From positions 288,001-352,000 of the forward strand of contig JBDRZU010000002.1 of the NCBI GenBank assembly GCA_039804105.1: 64,000 nucleotides of DNA, given 5' to 3'. The notes under the pieces were generated by a model that ran no database searches, was not told the origin of the DNA, and was given only the letters and a program-made list of their open reading frames with translations. How positions within the stretch are numbered: the first letter of the stretch is position 1; each line of letters opens with the position of its first letter. This DNA is from a candidate division WOR-3 bacterium. Its GTDB lineage: Bacteria > Hydrothermota > 32-111. The position numbers and the translations under genes are program-made. Positions 50,655 through 60,060 of the stretch are shown in pieces.

Positions 50655-52619
50655 ATGAAAAAAATTAACATAGTTTGTTTGATTTTGATAGTTGTGATAT
50701 TATTTTTCCCTTACCATTTGTCATCTCAAAATTTTAAAAACATAAAACTTTATCTCTGGGATAACGATTATGGTGCAACATTTGAAAATCCTGATCGAGC
50801 AGGGCAATATATAGGTTATGAATACAATGTTGCAAAAGCTCTAAACTTTTTAGGGTACACAACCAACGTAAACCTTTTTATATGTGAAACACTTCCCACA
50901 AGATTCGAACAGTTAAGAAATTATCAGGCACTTTTCATAGTAACAGGTCATTATCCAATACTTTCAAGGGATCAGATGTTTACATCACAAGAAGTTGGAC
51001 TTATGGCTGCATATCTTGATAGTGGTGGTTGCATCTATTTTGAGGGAAACAATTTTATGGAATATCTTCAACATTATTTTAGATCTTTTGTTTATGCATA
51101 TTTTAACGATACGACAATAACATCAATACCCTCACGTGGAATCGATACTTTAAGGACAGACCCAGCCTATAATTTTACAAGAGATTTTACATTCACTTAT
51201 CCTGCTTACTCAGTTTCCGATTCAGGAGTTGATTTCCTTTTCACAAATAATACTGGCCTAACCGAACCAAATTATTATAAAGTTCTGTACTTCAATTCTT
51301 CGAACAAACTTTATAGATCAACAGCTACAGCTTATACACCACCCGAATCAAAAAGATACTACAGGGGAAGAATATTCTTACAAACAGTGGATCTTGGAGC
51401 ATTCTCATACTTTTCAACAAGAACATCGAGAAACCTTCCAGATTCAACAAAAAATCAAATTGTCAGAGCAGCCTATTTAAAAGATGTTTTAAGATTTTTC
51501 GGGTTTGCGAAAACGTTACTTGTTGTTGATGACAAAACTGATACGATAGCAACACCAGTTCAGAGAGCACTTAGTCGAATGGTCGATTTTGATACCATAT
51601 TCGTTTCAACAAATGGCCCTTCATATAGAACACTTCTAAAATATAATTCCGTCTTCTGGTATACAGATACTGTTGATTATCCCATAACAACAACTGACAC
51701 TGTAAATATCTCAACTTTTCTTGATTTCGGTGGAAACCTTTTCATGTCCTCTCTAAACCTTGCAGAACAATATGGTATAGGGAATCTTTTTTTAAAAAAA
51801 TATTTTGGAATCGATCTATATAGTGACTCACAACCATATTACACTTTCTATGGCTCTCTGAATTCATTTTGGGGAACAAATCCTGTTCTTGATACTTTTA
51901 ACATTATCAGGCCATCAACAGGTTATGAACCAGATGTTGTATCGATCGTTGATTCTTTTACAGATACTGCGTTTTATATTAGAACTTTAAGGATTGCGGG
52001 AACACATTTAGATAACAATCTCTTTAGGACAACATTTTTAACTTTTCCATTTCAAAGAGCCCAAACCCAGATAAAAGCCGGTTACCCAACAGATTCAATA
52101 ATAAAGATTGCACTTGTAAACGGTTTCAAATATGATTTATCGATAACTCCGATAACTTCAAGAATATCAGAGTATTTTTTTACATCCTCTTTTGATAAAG
52201 AACAAAATAAAATTTTGTTAACAATCATTTCAAATGCATATTTCGAAGGTTCTCTTACTATTTTAAAAAATTCAGTTGAGATTCAATATGAAAAAATCTC
52301 TGGAACATCTTTTAAATTCTATTTAAAAGACGAACCCGGTGAATATCTTATCATTTTAAAAGATCTTAAAGGAGAAACAGTTTATAAAAAGAGTTTTATC
52401 GTTGAAAATCAAATTTCAAATTTTGATTATTCTCTTAATGGACTTTTAAAAATAAACAGTTTACAAAAAACCGTTATCGAAGTTTTTGACATTTCAGGGA
52501 AAAAACTCAAAAGTTTTAAATTGAGTGAAGGAGAAAATCTTGTTGATTTTTCAGATTTTCACTCCGGATATTATTTTATTAAATATGATGATAAAATTCA
52601 CAAGATTTTAAAATTATAA
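50655..52619 (+). CDS. Secreted protein with a T9SS type A-like C-terminal sorting domain
   Basis: Signal peptide; CTD motif EVFDISGKKL...HSGYYFIK...KILKL; two internal repeats with (Y/F)LDxGG. Confidence 0.75.
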   Translation: MKKINIVCLILIVVILFFPYHLSSQNFKNIKLYLWDNDYGATFENPDRAGQYIGYEYNVAKALNFLGYTTNVNLFICETLPTRFEQLRNYQALFIVTGHYPILSRDQMFTSQEVGLMAAYLDSGGCIYFEGNNFMEYLQHYFRSFVYAYFNDTTITSIPSRGIDTLRTDPAYNFTRDFTFTYPAYSVSDSGVDFLFTNNTGLTEPNYYKVLYFNSSNKLYRSTATAYTPPESKRYYRGRIFLQTVDLGAFSYFSTRTSRNLPDSTKNQIVRAAYLKDVLRFFGFAKTLLVVDDKTDTIATPVQRALSRMVDFDTIFVSTNGPSYRTLLKYNSVFWYTDTVDYPITTTDTVNISTFLDFGGNLFMSSLNLAEQYGIGNLFLKKYFGIDLYSDSQPYYTFYGSLNSFWGTNPVLDTFNIIRPSTGYEPDVVSIVDSFTDTAFYIRTLRIAGTHLDNNLFRTTFLTFPFQRAQTQIKAGYPTDSIIKIALVNGFKYDLSITPITSRISEYFFTSSFDKEQNKILLTIISNAYFEGSLTILKNSVEIQYEKISGTSFKFYLKDEPGEYLIILKDLKGETVYKKSFIVENQISNFDYSLNGLLKINSLQKTVIEVFDISGKKLKSFKLSEGENLVDFSDFHSGYYFIKYDDKIHKILKL

Positions 52620-52620
52620 A

Positions 52621-52657
52621 TGTAAATTTTTATTTACAATGTAACAAATTTATTACA
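52621..52657. promoter_or_regulatory. Twin 18-bp palindromes TGTAA-N8-TTACA (putative operator)
   Basis: TGTAAATTTTTATTTACA (52621-52638) and TGTAACAAATTTATTACA (52640-52657). Confidence 0.55.
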
Positions 52658-52748
52658 CCCTTTCACTCCGTTTTCTTGTTATCCAGCAAATAATTAACAA
52701 CTTAAATTTAGCACAGAAATTGCTCATATATTTTTCAAAGGAGGTTTT

Positions 52749-53783
52749 ATGATTTTTAACGATGAAATCTCAAATTTTATAGAAAAAAATATAGAGCAAT
52801 TATCTGAGCAAATATTAGACAACCATCTTCAAATTGAAAATGTGAAAAATTTTGATGATTATAAAAAAATTAAATCACTTGAAGATATAAAATATCATCT
52901 GTATTTTTTATCAAACTCAATAAAACTGGAAAGTAAAAAAAATTTTATTTCATATATTCTCTGGTGTGATAAACTTTTCACTTCAATAAACTTATCAAGG
53001 AAGGATCTACTTGTAAATTTAAAAGCGATAAAAAATACTTTTAAATCATTTTTGAACGAAGAAAGTTTTAAAATTGTTAGTGAGTATATAGACGATGCTT
53101 TATTCTTTTTAAACGAAAGAACAATTTTTTCAAAAATCAATGAAAACGAAGAATCTGAAAAATATTTATCATTGATCCTTGAAGGTAAAAAGAAAGATGC
53201 TGAAAAATATATAGAAGAGAAAATAAAAAATGGGTATTCTTTAGAGGACATTTATATAAATATACTCCAAAATGCACAACATAAGATCGGTTATCTTTGG
53301 CAAACAAACAAAATCAGTGTAGCACAAGAACATCTCGCAACATCTATAACAGAATTCATAATGTCAAACCTTTACGAATATATTTTTAAATCAAAAAAAC
53401 ATGGTCTTAAATTACTTTCATCATGTGTTTCCAATGAACTACATCAAATAGGTTTGAGAATGATCACAGATATACTTGAATACAAAGGCTGGGATACCAC
53501 CTATTTGGGAGCAAACACTCCAGACAAAAGCATAATCGATATCTTGATAAAGAGAGATATAGATCTTCTGGCAATCTCTGTAACAATGTTTTTCAACATA
53601 AAAAGTGCAGAAAAACTTATCGAAAAGATTAAGAACGAAAAACAACTTTCAAAATTAAAAATAATTGTGGGAGGTTATCCTTTCAACAACGACCAAACTC
53701 TATACAAAAAAATAGGAGCAGATTTTTGTGCTAAAGATTGCAAAGATTGTTTAAATATAGTAAGGGAAAATTTTTATGTTTAA
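52749..53783 (+). CDS. Cobalamin-binding sensor with an N-terminal globin/phycobiliprotein-like domain
   Basis: IGYLWQTNKISVAQEH (W-x9-EH), NELHQIG (ExHxxG), YLGANTP, SVT, IIVGG. Confidence 0.85.
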   Translation: MIFNDEISNFIEKNIEQLSEQILDNHLQIENVKNFDDYKKIKSLEDIKYHLYFLSNSIKLESKKNFISYILWCDKLFTSINLSRKDLLVNLKAIKNTFKSFLNEESFKIVSEYIDDALFFLNERTIFSKINENEESEKYLSLILEGKKKDAEKYIEEKIKNGYSLEDIYINILQNAQHKIGYLWQTNKISVAQEHLATSITEFIMSNLYEYIFKSKKHGLKLLSSCVSNELHQIGLRMITDILEYKGWDTTYLGANTPDKSIIDILIKRDIDLLAISVTMFFNIKSAEKLIEKIKNEKQLSKLKIIVGGYPFNNDQTLYKKIGADFCAKDCKDCLNIVRENFYV

Positions 53784-55362
53784 ACAACCTTTTAACAGAG
53801 AAGGATACTTTTTCATCAAAAGGATTAACAAAAACTATTACTATATTCTTGATGAACCAAATATAGAGATTGGACCTTTTGATATATACGATCTGATATT
53901 GAAAGATGAAGGAGTAAGGTTTAACGATTTCATAAAAAATATAGAAAAAAATGGTTTTTCTGCAGATCTTGAAATCAACTGTATGCTTGACGGCTTTAAA
54001 ACATTGAAGTTTTCGGGAATTAAGAATAAAGATGAAATAATAATTTTGGTTTATTCCAGTTTCGAATCTTTTTGTTCTGGAATAAAAACAATACAAAAAT
54101 TTTTAAAAGATTTTGAAAAACAAAAGAGTTTTTTACAAAATATAGAAAATAGTGTCAAAAAAGAGAATCAAGTTTCAAAAAACCTGTTAGATGAAATAAA
54201 AGATCTAAACAATCAACTTCTCGATTCAAAAAGAGATTTAATCAAAACGAAAATTAAACTTGAAACCATAAACGAACAAAAAAATATTATTCTGGGAACT
54301 GTTGCACATGATTTAAGAAATCCACTTAACTGCATAATCAACTTTTCTAAATTTCTACTCGAAAATTTCAACGGTCCAAATGAACAAAAAGAGATGATAA
54401 ATGAAATTCATACAGCAAGTTCTTTCATGGCATCCCTTGTGAATGGACTTTTAGATTTTTCTTCAATAGAATCTGGTAAGGTTGATTTAAAACTTGAAAA
54501 AAAGGATTTATTTGAAATTGTTTCACATTCCATAAAAATTTTAAAAAATATCGCTGATAAAAAAGAAATAAAAATAAGTATAAATAGAACAGAAGAAAAT
54601 TTTTATAGTTCAGTAGATCTTTACAAAATGATTTCGGTAATCGAAAACCTTTTATCAAACGCTATAAAGTACACACCAAAAGGTGGACAAATTTTTATAT
54701 CCTTGTATTCTAAAGATTTTTACAATTTTATAGAAATTAAAGATACAGGTATAGGAATGGATAAAGATGATCTTGAAAAGATTTTTGATAAGTATCAAAC
54801 AGCAAAATCAAAACCAACTGATGGTGAAAAATCAACCGGTCTTGGTTTGTATATAGTCAAAAAAATAATCACATCACATAACGGAGACATTCAAATAGAG
54901 AGTCAAAAAAACAAAGGAACACTTGTCAGAATTGGTCTAAAAAAATTGGTAGATGATGAACCTAAAATAAAATACAGGATACCAGACGAAAACATAAAAA
55001 TTCTCATCGCTGATGATATTGAAACCAATTGTAAAATTTTAAAAAAACTTCTTGAAAAATATAATTTTATTGTTGATTTTTCTCTAAATGGAGCAGACAC
55101 TATTCAAAAGATTAAAGAAAACAAATATTCGATTCTTTTTCTTGATATAGAACTCAATGATATCAGTGGGTTGGAGATTGCTAAAAAATACAAATGTGAA
55201 TCTAATCTATATATAATCGGTATAAGTGGTTCAACGAATATAAAATCTGAATATTTTGACGATTACCTTGAAAAACCTTTTGATGAAATTAAACTCGAAG
55301 AAGTTATTCAAAAATTTTTAAAGCATATTCAGAGTGTTAATTCAAAAATATTCATAGGATAG
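53776..55362 (+). CDS. Cytoplasmic hybrid histidine kinase/response regulator
   Basis: H-box AHDLRNPL, NLLSNAIKY, DTGIG, GLGL, then REC (ADD, FLDIEL, KPF). No TM segment. Confidence 0.93.
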   Translation: MFKQPFNREGYFFIKRINKNYYYILDEPNIEIGPFDIYDLILKDEGVRFNDFIKNIEKNGFSADLEINCMLDGFKTLKFSGIKNKDEIIILVYSSFESFCSGIKTIQKFLKDFEKQKSFLQNIENSVKKENQVSKNLLDEIKDLNNQLLDSKRDLIKTKIKLETINEQKNIILGTVAHDLRNPLNCIINFSKFLLENFNGPNEQKEMINEIHTASSFMASLVNGLLDFSSIESGKVDLKLEKKDLFEIVSHSIKILKNIADKKEIKISINRTEENFYSSVDLYKMISVIENLLSNAIKYTPKGGQIFISLYSKDFYNFIEIKDTGIGMDKDDLEKIFDKYQTAKSKPTDGEKSTGLGLYIVKKIITSHNGDIQIESQKNKGTLVRIGLKKLVDDEPKIKYRIPDENIKILIADDIETNCKILKKLLEKYNFIVDFSLNGADTIQKIKENKYSILFLDIELNDISGLEIAKKYKCESNLYIIGISGSTNIKSEYFDDYLEKPFDEIKLEEVIQKFLKHIQSVNSKIFIG

Positions 55363-55371
55363 TCTTAAAGA

Positions 55372-56172
55372 TCATTTCCTTGTTATAAAAACTACAAGAG
55401 GACTAAAAAATTTTGAATCGAAATTCAAAGAATATGGTTTTAATCTGTAAAAAATATATAGAATTTTTTGAATTTTCATCAGAAGATCAAAAATTTTTCT
55501 TTTCTTTTTTGAGGGATTGAACTGGTAAAGATCGAAAATACCTGCGTAACCTAAAAAGCAAATTTTTAGATGATTTTTTTTAGCAAAATTTTTAAAAAAA
55601 GATAGTTTCATTGTTTCAAGATTGTGACCTTCAAGCGATTTTTCATTGAAAAAACTTGCCACCATTTTATTGAAACCTGTTTTGTTTGGAACTGTAACAA
55701 CAAGGTATCCATCCTTATTTAAAATCTTCAGATGTCTTTTTAACACTTGTTCAGGATCATCAAAATGTTCTATAAAACCTCTTGAAACAACAAGATCAAA
55801 AAAGTTTTCATATCTATCAATCATCTGAGAGAAAAAATCAGCGAAAATAACATTTCTTTCATCGTAACCTTTCATTTGAAATACCTTCTTGTTCATCTCA
55901 TATCCTGTTGAAGAAATTTCTATTCCGAAAGGGATAGATTTTAACTCTTTTGCAAGTTCACATATAAAATATCCTGGTGCTGAACCTATTTCAACAATCT
56001 TTTTAATTTGTTCACCTTTTAAATTTTCATAGATAATTTTTAAAACTATCTCGTTAATATAGGGAGAAAGCAATCTTGAAAATTTGGAAAACTTTGAAAT
56101 ATAAATCTGATCATCGATTTTATCTTTGTTATACTTTTCATCCCAAAATTGTTTTGATAAGAGATTTTTCAT
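55372..56172 (-). CDS. Class I SAM-dependent methyltransferase
   Basis: VEIGSAPG, GIEIS, FDLVVSRGFIEHF, DGYLVVTVPN. Confidence 0.88.
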   Translation of the reverse strand: MKNLLSKQFWDEKYNKDKIDDQIYISKFSKFSRLLSPYINEIVLKIIYENLKGEQIKKIVEIGSAPGYFICELAKELKSIPFGIEISSTGYEMNKKVFQMKGYDERNVIFADFFSQMIDRYENFFDLVVSRGFIEHFDDPEQVLKRHLKILNKDGYLVVTVPNKTGFNKMVASFFNEKSLEGHNLETMKLSFFKNFAKKNHLKICFLGYAGIFDLYQFNPSKKKRKIFDLLMKIQKILYIFYRLKPYSLNFDSKFFSPLVVFITRK

Positions 56173-56182
56173 ATCTTTGATT

Positions 56183-57301
56183 CTAATTTAAATACTTATG
56201 AAAACATCTTCTCCTTTTATGTTGTCTATGTTCAAAATATTTCCAAAAAGATTGGATCTTGAAATTGTTTTCAAGTTCTCCACTCGTTTCCGCAGAAATT
56301 ATTTTGTTTTTTATACATGATTTTGCTATTTCCGTTATCAAAAGAGCGTTAACTCCGAAATCCTGATATTCTTTCTTTACAGCCACCAGATAAAGATCTA
56401 TTTTCTTTGGAAACTTGAGAGCCCATAAAAGATGAATGAAACCAAATGGGAAAATTTTCCCGTTAGATCTTTGCAGCGCTTTTGAGAGAGATGGCATCGC
56501 TATTCCAAATCCTATAGGATTTTTATCTTTATCAACAACTATTTTCACATAATCTGAATTTATGAATCCAAAATATTGATTGGTATACATTTCCATCTGT
56601 TCTCTATCAAGGGGAACAAAACCGTATAAACTGGAATACGATTCATTCAATATTTCAAAAATATTTAATGCATACTTTTTAAGTTCTTTTGTATTTTTCG
56701 TTTCTAGAACAGTTATTCCTAACTTTTCTTTTACTATATCGTTAACCCTTAAAATTTTTTCGGGAATCTTTTTGGGAACCATAACCTCAAACTCAACCCA
56801 ATCTATATCCTTTTCGTAACCAAGTTTTTCCATATGTTGTTGATAATATTCATAATTGTAAATCATCGGCAGAGTTCCAAGTTCACCAAAACCTTCTATC
56901 AACATTCCTTCAGGATCAAGATCGGTAAATCCCATCGGTCCATGACTTTCAAAGATACCATTACTTCTCAACCAATCCTCATATGTTGAAAAAAGTAAAG
57001 AAGAAACATCAAAATCATCGACAAAATCAACCCACCCGAACCTTCCAATATTTTTTTTCCATATTTCTATTTCTTTTTTATTGATTATTCCAACTATTCT
57101 ACCCAAAATTTTTTTTCTATCTTCGACCATCCATATTTTAACATCAGAATATTTGAATGCTGGATTTTTTTCTTTTGTCAAAGTGTTCAGCACATCATCC
57201 CTCAAAGGTGGGACAAAAAATTTACAATCTTTATATAAAGAATATTGAAAATCTATGAACCTTTTTAAATCCTTTTTATTTTCAACTTCTAAGATTCTCA
57301 C
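56183..57301 (-). CDS. GNAT-like (YghO-type) protein
   Basis: FVPPL, GRIVG, RFGWVDF, GPMGFTD, YNYEYY, ELENN. Confidence 0.75.
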   Translation of the reverse strand: MRILEVENKKDLKRFIDFQYSLYKDCKFFVPPLRDDVLNTLTKEKNPAFKYSDVKIWMVEDRKKILGRIVGIINKKEIEIWKKNIGRFGWVDFVDDFDVSSLLFSTYEDWLRSNGIFESHGPMGFTDLDPEGMLIEGFGELGTLPMIYNYEYYQQHMEKLGYEKDIDWVEFEVMVPKKIPEKILRVNDIVKEKLGITVLETKNTKELKKYALNIFEILNESYSSLYGFVPLDREQMEMYTNQYFGFINSDYVKIVVDKDKNPIGFGIAMPSLSKALQRSNGKIFPFGFIHLLWALKFPKKIDLYLVAVKKEYQDFGVNALLITEIAKSCIKNKIISAETSGELENNFKIQSFWKYFEHRQHKRRRCFHKYLN

Positions 57302-58212
57302 TTTATCTCCAACATCCTTTCTATAGCTTTATACGCTTTAACTCTTATACCTTCTTCAACAGAGATACTTTCCCCTCCCTTTCCTTTCAAAGACAAAAGA
57401 ATATCTTTTACTGTAGTTTTTTTCATATTTTTACATAGTGCCTTAGGTTTTTCTCTTAAAGGATAGAAAATTTTATCTGAATAGATTTTTTTCAACCTGT
57501 ATATCAACCCCTCTTCAGTTCCAACAACAAAAACTTTTTTCTTACTATCTTTTGGATAATTTATCATTCCACCAGTTGAAAGAATAACGTCACTCAAAAG
57601 TTGAACCTCTTCTGGAGCTTCAGGGTGTATCATGATTACAGCATCTGGATATTTTTCTCTCGCTCTTTTAATATCAAAAATATTGAATTGATTATGAACA
57701 TAACAAAAACCTTGATAGATTATAATCTTTTTATCCGTGTTTCTTTTTACATAGGATGCAAGGTTTTTATCAGGTAAAAAAATTATTTCTTTTGCATCCA
57801 AAGAGTTTACAACTTTTATTGCATTTGCTGAAGTACAGCAGATATCTGATATTGATTTTACAAGTGCAGTTGTGTTAACATAGGAGACAGTTTTTGCGAA
57901 AGGGTTTTCTTTCTGAATTTTTTTAACTTCTTCAATATCAACCATATCAGCCATCTCACAACCTGCAGATGGAACCGGAAGTATTATGTTTTTTTCCGGT
58001 GAAAGAATTTTTGCTGTTTCAGCCATAAATCTTACACCTGCAAAGATCACATTTTTACTCTCTACATTTTTAATTATTCTACTGAGTTCAAGGGAATCCC
58101 CTACAAAATCTGCAATATCCTGAACATCACCGATCTGATAGTTGTGTGCTATTATGGTAAAATTTTTCTCTTTCTTTAACTTTATAATCTCTTCTTTTAT
58201 ATCATTTTTCAC
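57298..58212 (-). CDS. nadA: Quinolinate synthase
   Basis: AHNYQ, GDSLEL, FMAETAKIL, AGCEMA, YVNT, CTSANA, CYVH, HPE, CKNMK. Confidence 0.95.
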   Translation of the reverse strand: MKNDIKEEIIKLKKEKNFTIIAHNYQIGDVQDIADFVGDSLELSRIIKNVESKNVIFAGVRFMAETAKILSPEKNIILPVPSAGCEMADMVDIEEVKKIQKENPFAKTVSYVNTTALVKSISDICCTSANAIKVVNSLDAKEIIFLPDKNLASYVKRNTDKKIIIYQGFCYVHNQFNIFDIKRAREKYPDAVIMIHPEAPEEVQLLSDVILSTGGMINYPKDSKKKVFVVGTEEGLIYRLKKIYSDKIFYPLREKPKALCKNMKKTTVKDILLSLKGKGGESISVEEGIRVKAYKAIERMLEIK

Positions 58213-58771
58213 CGTAGATCTCCATCAAAATTTTTCCCGCTTTCAAATAAACAAACCTTTTGTCAGCCAATTTTATAATTATACTGTTTTTTTCATCTTT
58301 CCAGAATATTGTATCATTAAACACTGTTTTGTTCAATTCAAAATCTCCATGTATCATAGAACAGTTGTAAACATCTTTTTCATAATATTTAAAAAAGAAT
58401 GGAAGTAAAAGCCAATCGTTTGGTTCATACTTTAATTTATCATAAACTTTTTTCTTCTCTCCAGTGAGGAATGTTTCAATAGAATTTTCTAAAAATCTTA
58501 TAGTTCCATCACTTTTTACTCCAGCCCTGTTATATTTTGAAGCTATTTCAATTGATTTCTTTTCCTTGATGTTTATCTTACCTAAATTTTCAATCCTTAT
58601 TAAACCAAAAGCGATGTTCGTTTTTATACTTACATACAGAGTATCACCCAATACATAATCGTCTATAACACTTGTTCCAGAAAATGAATCCATTCTTACT
58701 CGATAAGTTAACTGTTCAGAATGAATGGGGATATATAACAATAGAAAAATGATGAATAGAGTTCTAATCAA
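58202..58771 (-). CDS. Hypothetical exported protein
   Basis: Signal peptide from TTG 58771 (LIRTLFIIFLLLYIPIHS), overlapping the tyrS stop; beta-rich. Confidence 0.55.
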   Translation of the reverse strand: MIRTLFIIFLLLYIPIHSEQLTYRVRMDSFSGTSVIDDYVLGDTLYVSIKTNIAFGLIRIENLGKINIKEKKSIEIASKYNRAGVKSDGTIRFLENSIETFLTGEKKKVYDKLKYEPNDWLLLPFFFKYYEKDVYNCSMIHGDFELNKTVFNDTIFWKDEKNSIIIKLADKRFVYLKAGKILMEIYGEK

Positions 58772-59969
58772 TTTTTGCAAATTTTTTCTTCCCAACCTGA
58801 ATGATATCACCTTTTTGTGGAGTATAGATGTAGTTGAAATCATCTATTATTTTATTGTTGATTTTCAAACCTTTTCCTTTTATGATTCTGCTCGCTTCTG
58901 AAGTTGAATCTGTAAGGTTATATTTCTTCAAAAAATTTGTAATTTTAATCTCCTTATCATCTTCTGAAACTTTTATCAAAGGCATTTGATCTGGAATACC
59001 TTTTTCTCGAAAAACTCTATTGAATTCCTCTTCACACCTATCACTTTCATCTTTTGAGTAATACATCTCAACAATTTTTTTAGCGAGAATAACTTTATAA
59101 TCTCTTGGGTTTTTTCCTTCTTTCATTTCATTTTCGTACTGTTTTATTTTCTCTTCTGGAATATCTGTCGTAAGCAACATATATTTTGTTATTAGGTTAT
59201 CAGGTATTGACATCAATTTTCCAAATATTTGAGTTGGAGTTTCAGTTATTCCAACATAGTTATCGTACGATTTTGACATTTTTCTTATGCCATCAATACC
59301 TTCAAGAAGTGGTAAAGTCATTATCACCTGACCGGGTAATCCATACTCTTCCTGGATTTCCCTTCCCAGAAGTAGATTAAATTTCTGATCAGTTCCACCA
59401 AGTTCAATATCCGCCCTGACAGCAACAGAATCGTATGCCTGAAACAAAGGATACAAAAACTCATGAAGGGAAATTGGAATTCCATTTTTATACCTTTGAT
59501 CAAAATAATCCCGTTCAAGCATTCTTGCTACAGTCATCTTTGATGATAATTTAATTATCTCCTGTGGTGAAAGTTTATCAGACCATTCTCCGTTCAACCT
59601 TATTTCAGTTTTTTCTGGATCAAGTATTTTGAAAACCTGCTCTTTATAATTTTTGAGATTTTCTTTGATCTCTTCATCTGAAAGTTGAGGTCTTGTTTTA
59701 TTTTTACCTGTTGGATCTCCTATTTTACCAGTGAAATCTCCGAAAATTAAAACTGCTGTATGACCGAATTCCTGAAATTTTTTTAATTTTCTAAGCGGTA
59801 TTGTAAAACCAAGATGTATATAAGGTCCCGAAGCATCTATCCCAAGTTTTACTCTTAAAGGCCTGTTTTCCTTTTGGGAAATGATAAGTTTTTTTTCAAG
59901 TTCACCTTCAGGGAGTATATCGACACAACCTCTTGAAAGTTCAGATAAAATTTCTTTTAAATTTTCCAT
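58764..59969 (-). CDS. tyrS: Tyrosine--tRNA ligase
   Basis: IHLG, GDPTGK, YPLFQAYD, GGTDQKFN, KMSKS, C-terminal S4 domain. Confidence 0.97.
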   Translation of the reverse strand: MENLKEILSELSRGCVDILPEGELEKKLIISQKENRPLRVKLGIDASGPYIHLGFTIPLRKLKKFQEFGHTAVLIFGDFTGKIGDPTGKNKTRPQLSDEEIKENLKNYKEQVFKILDPEKTEIRLNGEWSDKLSPQEIIKLSSKMTVARMLERDYFDQRYKNGIPISLHEFLYPLFQAYDSVAVRADIELGGTDQKFNLLLGREIQEEYGLPGQVIMTLPLLEGIDGIRKMSKSYDNYVGITETPTQIFGKLMSIPDNLITKYMLLTTDIPEEKIKQYENEMKEGKNPRDYKVILAKKIVEMYYSKDESDRCEEEFNRVFREKGIPDQMPLIKVSEDDKEIKITNFLKKYNLTDSTSEASRIIKGKGLKINNKIIDDFNYIYTPQKGDIIQVGKKKFAKID

Positions 59970-59980
59970 AATTTAAAAAA

Positions 59981-60053
59981 TGACGGCACAGGGACTCGAA
60001 CCCCGGACACGAGGATTATGATTCCTCTGCTCTACCCACTGAGCTATGCCGCC
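59981..60053 (-). tRNA. tRNA-Met(CAU), probably elongator
   Basis: GGCGGCATAGCTCAGTGGGTAGAGCAGAGGAATCATAATCCTCGTGTCCGGGGTTCGAGTCCCTGTGCCGTCA. Paired 1-72 and no three consecutive G-C pairs in the anticodon stem, so not the initiator; CCA not encoded. Confidence 0.92.
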
Positions 60054-60060
60054 ATAGTTT

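Noticed and set aside
52658..52748. Cobalamin riboswitch upstream of the B12-binding gene
   Set aside because: Only ~90 AT-rich nt, with no B12-box or other recognisable conserved elements.
59981..60053. tRNA-Ile2 or initiator identity for the CAU tRNA
   Set aside because: G1-C72 pairing and the anticodon stem exclude the initiator. The acceptor stem fits elongator Met better, though an isotype-specific model is needed to exclude Ile2.
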